Below the pieces are notes generated by a model. The model saw nothing but the letters and a program-made list of their open reading frames with translations, ran no database searches and had not been told where the DNA came from. Made by a program: the position numbers and the translations under genes. DNA of 64,000 nt from Octopus bimaculoides (taxonomy: Eukaryota), in NCBI RefSeq assembly GCF_001194135.2, contig NC_068984.1, positions 102,933,026 through 102,997,025 of the forward strand. The letters are read 5' to 3'. Below, in pieces: positions 1 to 11,685 of the stretch (within the stretch, counting starts at the first letter, position 1; each line of letters opens with the position of its first letter).

Positions 1-274
1 TGTTTTGTCCCTTTCTTGTATCACCTAATTGTCTGGATGTTTTGCGTTCTTGTCCCATTCTGTATTATTTATATATATATATATATATATAATCATAAAT
101 ATATAGGGATTGACAGTAACCTGCTTCTCCAGCATACTGAGAATTCAGAAATAGCAGCTAAAGAACTACTGATTCCAAAACTACAAATTATTACTCTAAA
201 TTGATAGCGATATTTTTGATACACACAGAACAAAAAAAAAAAACGAAAAAATATATATAGATAGATAGATAGAT

Positions 275-311
<37 letters not shown>

Positions 312-433
312 TACACGCATACATACATACATACATGCACATATGCATGCATGTTTGCATGCTTATATATGTATATATATGTGTGTGTGCGTGTGCGTGT
401 GCGTGTGTGTGTGTACGTATTATATGTATATGT

Positions 434-648
434 AAGGCAGCGAGCTGGCAGAATCATTAGCGCGCCGGGCAAAATGCTTAGCAGCAATTCGTCCATTTTT
501 ACGTTGAGTTCAAATTCTGCCGAGGTCGACTTCGCCTTTCTTCATTTCAGGATCGATAAAATAAATACCAGTGAAGCACTGGGGTGAATGTAATCGACTA
601 GTGTTCCTCAAAATTTTCAGGCCTTGTGCCTATTGTAGAAAGGATTAT
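434..648 (+). mobile_element. tRNA-derived SINE, family A
   Basis: Head aaggcagcgagctggcagaatc, box B gagttcaaattc, central domain gccgaggtcgacttcgcctttc...gataaaataaataccag and tail ggccttgtgcctattgtagaaaggattat; same layout recurs many times in the window. Confidence 0.85.
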
Positions 649-1425
649 ATGCATATTTATGTATATACATATACTCATGTATGTATATACGTACATATAT
701 ACAAATCATATTATATTTATATGTATGTATGTATGTATGTATGTATACACAATAATTCATGTAAGTGGCGTCTGGGCCGGCTAGTTTGTTCTGTCATCGA
801 TCGTAATAATCAAGTCAAAACAAATAATAATATTTTAATATCATTTAATACGTACGTTTCAAGTGTGCATAATATATAATAGGAAATGCATCCATTACGT
901 ACGACCCTCCTCGGTTAAAGCATTTCACCATACGAACCAGTTGATGAAAATATTTCCATATATATGGTGGTATTAGTAAGTCGGTTACTAACTTATACGG
1001 ATGAACATATACAGAGAGGGAAAAGGAAAGGAGATAGAAAGAGAAAAAGAGAGTGAGAGAGTGAGAGAGTGAGAGAGTGAGAGAGGGAAAAGAGAGAGAT
1101 AAATAAATAGAAGAAAATATATATAAAGTGTGATAGTGGGAAGGGAAAGAAAGAAGTATGTACGAGTGAATGGTATTGTAAAGAAATGGGATTACTTTAT
1201 CTGTATATTTGCATACAGAATCTGTGGGAAAAGGCAGAGTATAGAATTGAGAAGGTCATGAATTTGAAGGAGAAGATGGTGAGGAAAAGAACGAAGTGTC
1301 AGAGTGTAGTTAAGAGTTTTAGTAGTGAATGGTATCAGAAGTATAGAAGTATGTGGTCTAGAACATATTAGTGGTGTCAAGAAGCGTTAGATTAAATAAT
1401 AATAATAATAATAATGATAGTAGTA

Positions 1426-1519
<94 letters not shown>

Positions 1520-1520
<1 letters not shown>

Positions 1521-1875
1521 GTTTCTCTAAAAGAAATGGAAAAACTTTCAAAATACAAAGACCTGGAAATAGAGATAACTCGAATGTGGAATCTAAAAAC
1601 AGAAACAATTCCTATCATAGTAGGTGCCTTAGGTATAATAAAAAAATATTCAGACAAATACATAACAAAAACACCAGGACTTACAAATATATATAACATA
1701 CAGAAAATTGCACTACTGGGTACTGCACACATTCTACGCAAAACACTTTCAATACAGTAAACATAAGAGCACCACAGCAAACCACAGCACATACCCAAGG
1801 CGCACAGAGCTGCGCTCGGTAGTGAAGTGAAAGCACGTTATAAAAATAAAACTACTGAATAATAATAATAATAAT
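1520..1875 (+). mobile_element. R4/Dong-clade non-LTR retrotransposon, 5'-truncated 3' end with (TAA)n tail
   Basis: ORF 1371-1760 after the poly-Asn run reads EKLSKYKDLEIEITRMWNLKTETIPIIVGALG...QKIALLGTAHILRK, the C-terminus of the restriction-like endonuclease of R4/Dong elements; then a 3' UTR and aataataat tail. Preceded by (TAA)n at about 1395-1519. Confidence 0.9.
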
Positions 1876-2983
1876 GTATGGAGGGATGGAAAACTGAACT
1901 GACATCTTACGGGAAAAGCTTAGTCACCCTGGGTATCAGAAAAGAGAATTTCCAAGGTGATAGCTCATCTCCATTGCTTTTAGTTCTCAATATGATACCT
2001 CTGACATTGGTGCTTAGGAAATTGAACCTGGGATACCAACTAAAAGGAAAATCCCAAACAATCAACCACCTCATCTTCCTTGGTGAATACGGTCCACTGT
2101 TTTAGTGCTGATATTAGAATGGAATTCGGGCTCAAGAAGTGCGGAACAATCTACCTGAAAAGTAGCAAGGTACAGTTCCTAGCAGAGATAGAATTACCGA
2201 ATAGAGAATTGATTAAAAAATGGAAACAGAAGGCTACAAATACCTTGGTGTACTAGAGTTCAGCGAAATAACGGAGAAGGAAATGAAAGAGCAACTGAGG
2301 AAGGAATATTTCTGAACACTAAGGTTGGTATTGCGCTCAATATTGACCGGATGGAATAAAATCGAAGCAGTTAATACATGAGTGATGACATCACTTCGGT
2401 ATGGAGCTGGAATTCTAAAATTGCAAGAGAGAAGTGATGAAAATGGATATGAAGAAAAGACAAATGTTGACAGTACACAGCGCCTTCCACCCTAAGAGTG
2501 ACACCAATAGGCTGTACTTGTCCAGAAGAAAGGATGGGAGAGGTTTGATCAGTTGCTAGGACTGTATCAAAACAGAGGAAAACAACTTAGAGTGGTATGT
2601 AAAATATGCCATGGAGCCATTGTTGAAACGTACGAAGAAGACCGGTGTCATCAAAACTGAGAATTATGTAACAAAAGAAAAATTTAAAGAAGGAAAACAA
2701 AACAGAATTTAAAGAAGGAACACAAAACAGAAACAGCATGGAAGGAGAAAAAAAATGTATAGTCAGTTTGCAAGAGATGCGAACGCCAAGACAGATACAG
2801 AAGACCAGTGGCTATGGATGAGGAGGAGTGACCTGAAGATAGAGACAGAAGCACTCATATGTGCAGCTCAGTAACAAGCGCTAAGGACCAACTATGTGAA
2901 GTGCAGAATAGACAACACTACCGACATCGAGAAATACAGAATGTGTGATGAGAGAAGGGAAACGGTATGGCACATTGTTAGCG
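1876..2983 (+). mobile_element. R4/Dong-clade retrotransposon, decayed RT to zinc-knuckle fragment
   Basis: GWKTEL...FQGDSSSPLLLVL (RT motif, cf. IFQGDSLSPLLF), then frameshifted GGRGL-like, EALICAAQ..ALRTN and C..C...ETVWHIVS motifs; starts immediately after the TAA tail of the previous copy. Confidence 0.88.
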
Positions 2984-3013
2984 CTGGGAGTTTGTCAACA
3001 AATAATGATAATA

Positions 3014-3805
3014 ACTAGCTGGATCCGTCAAAAATTTACGGAAAATATTTTTTGAAATGTAAGCACCTGTAAGTTGTGTGCTAGTACCATGAGAAATGTT
3101 TCTATATTGTGACAGTTACAGAATATAGAAAGACGTGCAAAACCGATAACTATATAATCCAACCAAGGTATCCTCAGTTACGTAAACGTAAACAGAATTA
3201 CTACTCAGCCTTAAAATACATCGTACATATTCAAAGCACCTTCTTGGTTTGGTGGTATGGACGTTCTTCTGGTATTCTTTTATTCTTCTGTTTGTTCCAG
3301 TCATTTGACGGTGGCCTATCGTACGGTTCTCTGCGGCGCGCTGTGTTTTTGAGCAAGGTACTCTACTTCACCTTGTTGCAGTCCACTCAGCTGGCAAAAA
3401 TAAGTTCTAGCTGTTATTCAAAGGGGCCAGCCTTGTCACATTCTGTGTGGGGCTGAATCTCCCTGAGAACTACCTTATGGTATGCATGTCTGTGGATTAC
3501 AGTCACTTGCACGTTAATTGTACGAGTAGATTGTTCGTTGATCAGATAAACAGGAACCTCGTCGTCGTAACCGACGGAGTGCCATTTTTTAAAAGGAGTC
3601 ATGTTTAGTATAAGCAGGGAAAGCTAAGACGAAATAATTGCTATTCCGTCGTGTATTCGCCCACGACTCGCGCTCATTTTGATAACAGCTTGCGCATCGA
3701 TGTTTATCTCGAGGCTTGGCTTCCAGATCTGTGAGACCCACAGATGCTGCTGTACGTACGATAAGTACGTACAAAAAGAAGAAATTGGCATATTAATATT
3801 ATTGA
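3014..3805 (+). mobile_element. possible Helentron/DINE-like non-autonomous element hosting a SINE
   Basis: Starts actagctggatccgt with a short hairpin ccgt-caaaaattt-acgg and ends in aattggcatattaatattattgat, reminiscent of HINE/DINE termini; no protein evidence. Confidence 0.3.
3310..3583 (+). mobile_element. SINE family C, decayed head
   Basis: gtgtttttgagcaaggtactctacttcaccttgttgcagtccactcagctggcaaaaat...gaatctccctgagaactac aligns to the reverse complement of the copy at 41326-41582. Confidence 0.75.
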
Positions 3806-4003
3806 TAATAATACCACTAGTATAGACAGAGACATTCACATAGATGAACGCACGCAGACACAGATACATGTATGTGAGTATATCTATACATGTGTGTGTG
3901 TATGTATAGATACACACACACGCACAAACAATGGTAGACAGAGTATGTTATACGCGCGAGCATGCACACACACACATATATGTATATATAAAGATTATAT
4001 ATA

Positions 4004-4035
<32 letters not shown>

Positions 4036-4140
4036 CATAGGTACATACATACACACATACATATATACATACATGCAACAGTATGCGGTGACCATCTAAC
4101 TCAGACATGTTTGTTCTTTTCTTACTCCATTTTTTCTCTA

Positions 4141-4270
4141 CCTCTCATTTCTTTCTATGAAAGACCGCAATCTCGAAACGTAAAAGTCGTTTCGTTCTAT
4201 TTTTTCCTGTACATAAACTTAATACACCTCTCTTTATTTGTTTTCTTCATCATCATCGAGTTTCTTTTTT
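4141..4270 (+). repeat. short hammerhead-motif repeat family, degenerate copy
   Basis: 4150-4186 tcttt-ctatga-a-aga-ccgcaa-tct-c-gaaa-cgta-aaag matches the 11.3-11.7 kb motifs in the opposite orientation; downstream taatacacct...ttatttg also matches that family. Confidence 0.6.
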
Positions 4271-4989
4271 AAATTGTATTAAATATACATACATATCGAT
4301 AGATAGATAGATAGATAGATAGATACATACATACATACATACATACATACATACATACATACATACATACATACATACATACAGATATATAAATATATAT
4401 ATATATTTCGAAGCATATTCGTAGATGTTACTTAGCGATGTTTCTGTTCTTTCTTCATTCTTCTTTTTCCCTAGATTTCTTTTGAATAATTTCGACACTA
4501 TATTACAAAATAAGAAATGATATTTCAAAGAGGCAGCAAGAAACGGTAAAAGAAGTTAATATTGACACTTATCATGGGGAAATCAGTTCTTCATCGAAAG
4601 CAAGAAACACATCACATCTGATATATTCGCTTCGGTTTCCTTGGATACTTAGGAATATTTTTTTGTATTTTATATATTCCAACAAAAATAGATGAGGTGG
4701 GCATCTGTGAATATATGGAGTGGGGATTGTTCTGCTATTTATCTAGAATTTGTTTTCCAATCCGTTTTGGTTATGCTTTTGATTAGAAACCATTGTTATG
4801 ACAGTGATCTGATGGTGTCGGGTGAGGTGTCATGCGTGAGGAAGCAAGCTTGTAGCAATTAGATTTAGATAGCAATAGAAACTGAAAGATGTGAAAAAAG
4901 TGTAATATATAGAAATGACAGATAGAACAGCAGCAATACTATCCATAGTGGAGTGATATCATTTATAGAAACGTTACTTAAATATAGAA

Positions 4990-5613
4990 TAGGTTTCATG
5001 TTCAAAATTTATGTAGCGTCCGAAAGATTACGATCGCGAATACAAGCAGCGGAAGATCTCTGGAGTAACATTATTCGAAAGGGTCGTAGCTCGATCACGG
5101 AGTCTCTCCCAGCCAAACCGCTACTTTGTCGCATTCACGAACATGTGGCTAGAATGCGGCAGGAACGAATAAGACTGAATCTTCAAGCCGAGCCGATCGG
5201 CAAAAGACTTAGAGGTAGATCACGAACGAGATGTTTGGATAATACCCATAATCTCATTCTAAGGCAGCAAACAGGCAGGATCGTTAGCACGGTGGATAAA
5301 ATGTTTAGCGGAATTACGATCTGAGTTCAAATTTCACCGAAGTCGACATTGCTTTTCATCCTTTCGGGGTCAATAAGATAAAGACCAGTTGAGCACTGGG
5401 ATCGATGTAATCGACTTTTCCTCCTTCCCTGAAACTATTGGCTTTATGTGAAAATTTGAAACCACTATCCATAATCTCAGTTGGTCTCGCTTGGGATTCT
5501 TGTACGATAGTTTAATGACGGTTGCTTTTGATAGGAACCAATAGAGGAGGTGATAGGGGACTGTATCCCCATGACCCAGCCAGGAATAGCGGGTAAAGAA
5601 GATGGATGGATGG
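4990..5613 (+). mobile_element. RTE-clade LINE 3' fragment interrupted by a SINE
   Basis: RLRSRIQAAE...HVARMRQER...GKRLRGRSRTRCLDN (RTE C-terminal GKRPRGRPRTRWLD motif); resumes after the SINE and ends atgacccagccaggaatagcgggtaaagaagatggatggatgga, an RTE-type (GGAT)n tail. Confidence 0.75.
5259..5468 (+). mobile_element. SINE family A with 11-bp target-site duplication
   Basis: Full A layout; ccataatctca at 5246-5256 and 5469-5479. Confidence 0.9.
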
Positions 5614-6188
5614 AAATAAAACTGACAAGGATTACTCTAAACACGCGTATAGTATTATTTAAAATGTTCCTACATTCTCACGCATACATACACGCGCACA
5701 CTCTATAATCTTTGGCCCTGACTTGTCTCATGTCACCTCCACTCATATACCCTCTCTTTCTCTCATTTCTTATTTTCTATTTAAGTCCCCTAGGCTCACC
5801 AATTTCTCCATCCTTGTTTCTAATAATGTCATCGCTGCGCATGCCATTCCTATTGATGTTAGCTTCCAATAATTTGAGCAAAACTTTAACTCAACTATTC
5901 TCACTGGTCGAAGTTTGGCAGTTTTAACTATTATAACATATACGCAACACATTCACACATACGTGCAGACATACATTTACACAGAAATATGCACACAAAA
6001 AATCTAGAACCATGACAAGCTTAAAGAATTTCAGATTGACAGCCTGTGTATACGTATGAGTGTGTGTATGTGTATGAGTGTGCATGTGTGTGTGTACGTA
6101 AATGAATATGAATATATATAATACGTGTACATATATGGAATATATGTACTCATACATACATACATACATACATACATACATACATACA

Positions 6189-6220
<32 letters not shown>

Positions 6221-8004
6221 NNNNNNNNNNNNNNNNNNNNNNNNNNNNNNNNNNNNNNNNNNNNNNNNNNNNNNNNNNNNNNNNNNNNNNNNNNNNNNNN
6301 NNNNNNNNNNNNNNNNNNNNNNNNNNNNNNNNNNNNNNNNNNNNNNNNNNNNNNNNNNNNNNNNNNNNNNNNNNNNNNNNNNNNNNNNNNNNNNNNNNNN
6401 NNNNNNNNNNNNNNNNTATATCAGTGGCGAAGGGTGACTAAGAAACTAGGGCATGCAGTCCACCCCTCCCCTACCCCTACTGAGATTGGTGAGGATTTCT
6501 GAGTGTTCCACCCCGCCCCCGTTTTCCGTAAAAAGTGTAGTATTATATGCTTTGAAATATGGTGAGTCTGAAAATGAAAATAGTTTACCACCTACGATGC
6601 ACCATTTTGAAGTTAGTAAGACATGAGTAACGTGCATATAACTTTGGAAATCACCGTCTTACGATTTCATCCAGTAGGGGCTATTCAAGCCATGGACTTT
6701 GAGAAAAAGTCGAAATTCTTTTTAAAGCTTGGAAGAAAATTCGAGATTCACGAACTCTTGAAGCTGATTGGGAGAGTACCAGATTAAGTGAATGTGTATA
6801 ACAAAGTACAACTTCTGTCAGTGACGTTAACTTATTCCCTTTCTTGAAGCCTTTCGTTCTCATGAACACATCCCAAAACATGTGACAGTTAAGATTTCAT
6901 TCGAAGGTTTGTAGTCTCACCAAACATAATAACAGCAAATGCTTTTTTTTTTTGTTTTGTTTTTTTCCATCATTGGCTTAATTACACTTTCACTTGTAAC
7001 AGCTATAGAATTAAATTATTTCGTTTTGAATATCACTTGAAAGTGATATTCGTTTTCAATATCACTTCAAATCTGAGAAAATGTGTTCTTCTACTGACAA
7101 ATTAACAGACATGGGAAACAAATATTTGTTCAGAATGGGTCATCTGATCATTCACTCAGGCTATTTATAATACTTTCAGTCAAAATACTCTTTGTTGCCC
7201 ACTTCGGTTTTGATTTTCAGCTTAAGCTTTGATTTCTGTTTTCCGAGAATGATATTTTTCTTATCTGTTTAAAAGTTGGGGAAAGTATAAAGAAAGCTAA
7301 ACTAATTGACCCTTTTCCCATATTGGGTGTTATTGGAAGCATGAAAATTTCTACTGGGTTATAATCTTTTAAAATGAATCGAAGCTTTATGNNNNNNNNN
7401 NNNNNNNNNNNNNNNNNNNNNNNNNNNNNNNNNNNNNNNNNNNNNNNNNNNNNNNNNNNNNNNNNNNNNNNNNNNNNNNNNNNNNNNNNNNNNNNNNNNN
7501 NNNNNNNNNNNNNNNNNNNNNNNNNNNNNNNNNNNNNNNNNNNNNNNNNNNNNNNNNNNNNNNNNNNNNNNNNNNNNNNNNNNNNNNNNNNNNNNNNNNN
7601 NNNNNNNNNNNNNNNNNNNNNNNNNNNNNNNNNNNNNNNNNNNNNNNNNNNNNNNNNNNNNNNNNNNNNNNNNNNNNNNNNNNNNNNNNNNNNNNNNNNN
7701 NNNNNNNNNNNNNNNNNNNNNNNNNNNNNNNNNNNNNNNNNNNNNNNNNNNNNNNNNNNNNNNNNNNNNNNNNNNNNNNNNNNNNNNNNNNNNNNNNNNN
7801 NNNNNNNNNNNNNNNNNNNNNNNNNNNNNNNNNNNNNNNNNNNNNNNNNNNNNNNNNNNNNNNNNNNNNNNNNNNNNNNNNNNNNNNNNNNNNNNNNNNN
7901 NNNNNNNNNNNNNNNNNNNNNNNNNNNNNNNNNNNNNNNNNNNNNNNNNNNNNNNNNNNNNNNNNNNNNNNNNNNNNNNNNNNNNNNNNNNNNNNNNNNN
8001 NNNN

Positions 8005-8063
<59 letters not shown>

Positions 8064-8192
8064 GTGTATGTATGTATGTATGTATATTGGGTTAGCTAGA
8101 AAGTAATTTCGGTTTTTAGTGTGAAGTAAGTCATTTTTTTCATACAAAGAATGAACTTTAATCAATTATATATTAATCAATTATATATTTAC

Positions 8193-8851
8193 ATCGTATG
8201 TTACGTGTGAAGAAAAATGGATTCTTTTCAACAATAACAAGAGTTCTGCACGGTGGTTGATGGGACGAAGTGCCAAAACACAATTCAAGAAAGAATATTC
8301 CTCAAAAATGTTCATGGTGTCTGTTTTGTGGTCCAACGCTCTTCTCATCCACTACAGCTTCATGAGACCTAGTAATTCAGTTACAGCGGATGTATACATC
8401 AACAACTTGAATTAAATAATGAGTGAATTTGCAATTAAACAACCGAAATTGGTCATTAGAAGCAGGCCAATTCTTTTGCAAGACAATGCATGACCACATG
8501 TTGCACGAAGAACGCTACTCAAGTTACAGGAACTGGACTTGGAAGTGTTCTGTCATCCATCATATACACCAGAACTTGCACCAACTGACTATCATGTTTT
8601 CCAGGCGTTATACAACTTTTTGCAAGGAAAAAACTTCAAATCTGAAGATGCAAAAACATCCTTTCGTGATTTCATCACCTCTTGCTCTCCAGAATTCTTT
8701 GCTACCGGTATAAATAGGATACCGATAAAATGGCAAAAAATTTTGTTGATAATTTAGGAGTATACTTTGATTAACTGCTTTGCCATTCCTTCGGATAAAG
8801 TAAAATAAACTTTCAGTTCAAAATCGGAAATTTCATTCTTAATGAATAAAT
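8193..8851 (+). mobile_element. mariner transposon remnant (3' half, frameshifted transposase)
   Basis: VTCEEKWI (cf. TCDEKWI), QDNA.PH, HPSYTPELAPTDYHVF (cf. HPPYSPDLAPSDYHLF), GINRIPIKWQK, then a TIR-like end aaaatcggaaatttcattcttaatgaataaata. Confidence 0.88.
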
Positions 8852-9127
8852 ATATATGTATGCATGTATGTTTGTTTGGATGTTTGGATGTATGTATGCA
8901 TGCATGCATGTATTTATGTATGTATGTACCTATGTATATGCATATATATATAAATATATATATATATGATTTCTATGTACAGCCATAAAAAGTTATATAC
9001 ATTTTTTTCTCAATAATATAGGCGGTTTCCTTCATTTGACCATCGCTACGAGATTTAACATCAGCCATACAATGTAGGCCTGCGTTTAAATCAACAGCGG
9101 CTGACGACGTGAAATACGTAGATGTAT

Positions 9128-9232
9128 ATATATATAGTTGAAATTTACAGAAAAACAAAAGACGAAGATAGGTGTATAAGCAACAAGCAAGGTGTATTGA
9201 TTTTATGCTCGTGAAATCTTTTACGTTTCGAA

Positions 9233-9263
<31 letters not shown>

Positions 9264-9705
9264 NNNNNNNNNNNNNNNNNNNNNNNNNNNNNNNNNNNNN
9301 NNNNNNNNNNNNNNNNNNNNNNNNNNNNNNNNNNNNNNNNNNNNNNNNNNNNNNNNNNNNNNNNNNNNNNNNNNNNNNNNNNNNNNNNNNNNNNNNNNNN
9401 NNNNNNNNNNNNNNNNNNNNNNNNNNNNNNNNNNNNNNNNNNNNNNNNNNNNNNNNNNNNNNNNNNNNNNNNNNNGTATATATATATAGTTGAAATTTAC
9501 AGAAAAACAAAAGACGAAGATAGGTGTATAAGCAACAAGCAAGGTGTATTGATTTTATGCTCGTGAAATCTTTTACGTTTCGAATATATGTATATATAAA
9601 TACGTGTACATGTATATATCTATATATATAGAGAGAGAGAAACAGGGAGAGAGAGAGAGACAATTCACAAAAAACAAAAGACGAACACAAGTGGTGTAGA
9701 CAACA
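9128..9705 (-). repeat. tandem partial copies of the hammerhead-motif repeat family
   Basis: aaacaaaagacgaagataggtgt...ggtgtattga...tcttttacgtttcg at about 9128-9235 and 9478-9590 (identical, either side of an N-gap), third partial copy at about 9670-9705; each ends at the GAAA half of the motif. Confidence 0.7.
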
Positions 9706-9752
<47 letters not shown>

Positions 9753-9962
9753 CATACACATATATATATATATTATAGTTGTTTTTAGCTTAAGTTGTCA
9801 CTGATCGAATCTGTGTGGAATAGGTTTCCAGCCATGGCCATTATATCTTTTGTGTTAGTGATAACATTATCCAATGTGTCATTCCATTTTGAATGATTGC
9901 TATGAATCTGTCAATCTCATATATACATACAAACAAAATTACATAAATGCATACATATATAT

Positions 9963-10001
<39 letters not shown>

Positions 10002-10305
10002 NNNNNNNNNNNNNNNNNNNNNNNNNNNNNNNNNNNNNNNNNNNNNNNNNNNNNNNNNNNNNNNNNNNNNNNNNNNNNNNNNNNNNNNNNNNNNNNNNNN
10101 NNNNNNNNNNNNNNNNNNNNNNNNNNNNNNNNNNNNNNNNNNNNNNNNNNNNNNNNNNNNNNNNNNNNNNNNNNNNNNNNNNNNNNNNNNNNNNNNNNNN
10201 NNNNNNNNNNNNNNNNNNNNNNNNNNNNNNNNNNNNNNNNNNNNNNNNNNNNNNNNNNNNNNNNNNNNNNNNNNNNNNNNNNNNNNNNNNNNNNNNNNNN
10301 NNNNN

Positions 10306-10349
<44 letters not shown>

Positions 10350-10756
10350 TGTGCGTGTGTGTGTGTGTGTATGTACTGAAGAACGCTAAATCGAATGTGG
10401 TAGAGATAATCACAGATTAGCGACCAGTTATATCACATCTTGAAGATTCAACTCCTTCATCCAGGGCAGGTGTCTCTCGTGAAGGAAGTCAGTCGTATGA
10501 ACAATCATCGTCACGCATGTATAGAAGTTAAAAATGGAAACAAATTGTGTTTATATATATACACACACAAACGAACATACATAAGCATATTCAGATATAT
10601 GTATATATGTACACACATACACACACAGAATACAGAAAATGTAATCTGTTTTTATGCCTTATTTAATGTTCATAATTTCAGAAAATATTACACCGTAAAT
10701 TTCTAACTCTGTTCAATTCGTCAGCAATACCGGAAAAATATAATAATTTCAAATTT

Positions 10757-10919
10757 TAGCACAAGGCCAGCAATTTCGGGGGACTGGGTTAGTTGATTAT
10801 ATCGACTTTAGTGTTCAACTGCTACTTATTTTGTAGACCCCGAAAGGGTAAAAAGCAAAGTCAACTTCGGTGGAATTTGAACTCAGCTTACTAACGAATC
10901 TGCCAGCTCAACGCCTTAC
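10757..10919 (-). mobile_element. SINE family A, internally deleted
   Basis: Reverse-complement tail tttagcacaaggcc, central ccccgaaagggtaaaaagcaaagtcaacttcggtggaatttgaactc, head gaatctgccagctc. Confidence 0.75.
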
Positions 10920-11194
10920 TGGAAGAAAATGATGACAATAACATTGACAGAGTGAAACAGTTGTATTCGTTTCGCTACAGGGCAGTTTATGTTTTCTAAT
11001 TTAAAGTGGATTTCTTATTGAAGAACGTGTACCTTATATAAAGTATAAATACAGATTACTTTGTGTGTTATATATATTTGTGTGTTAGTGTGTGTCTATG
11101 TGTGTGAGTGAAAAAGTGTTTGTCTATATTTATGTGTATCTGTATGTATCTGTATGTGTGTATATCTGTATGTATATATAAATATATATATATA

Positions 11195-11242
<48 letters not shown>

Positions 11243-11330
11243 AGAATATACGAAAAAACAACAACAGACGAGGACAGGTGGTGTAAATAACAAAAGGATG
11301 TATTAGTATGACGCTCGGGAATACGGAAAG

Positions 11331-11367
11331 TCTTTGACGTTTCGAGCTACGCTTTTCAACAGAAAGA
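11331..11367 (-). ncRNA. minimal type I hammerhead-ribozyme-like motif, copy 1
   Basis: Minus strand UCUUU-CUGUUGA-AA-AGC-GUA-GCU-C-GAAA-CGUC-AAAGA: 5-bp stem I, core with A6U, weak stem II, palindromic ACGU stem III, GUC triplet. Confidence 0.6.
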
Positions 11368-11647
11368 ATACGGAGACAAGGAGAAAAACACGGAGAAAAA
11401 AAAATGAATAGTGTCCAGTCAACGGTCACAAACACACACACACACACACACACATATACATATATATATGTCTATGTATCCACATTCTTTTTTATTTTAA
11501 CAGTTTCAGCTGAAAGCTGTGGCCATACTGGAGCATGTATAAATATATGTATATATAGTTGGAATTTGAAATAAAAGAAAAAGAGTCGAAGACGGGTGTG
11601 TAAATAACAAATAGATGTATTTGTTTAACGCTCGGGAAGTGAGAAAG

Positions 11648-11685
11648 TCTTTTACGTTTCGAGCCTACGCTCTTCAACAGAAAGA
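11648..11685 (-). ncRNA. minimal type I hammerhead-ribozyme-like motif, copy 2
   Basis: Minus strand UCUUU-CUGUUGA-A-GAGC-GUAG-GCUC-GAAA-CGUA-AAAGA: perfect 5-bp stem I, 4-bp stem II with tetraloop, palindromic ACGU, GUA triplet. Confidence 0.7.

Noticed and set aside
6417-6900. Possible hAT-like MITE starting cagtggcg
   Set aside because: No matching right TIR or TSD found; left side abuts a gap.
10410-10510. Possible small exon (minus MIVHTTDFLHERHLPWMKELNLQDVI, or plus-strand ...gggcag|gtgtct)
   Set aside because: No recognisable domain and no convincing splice pair or neighbouring exons.
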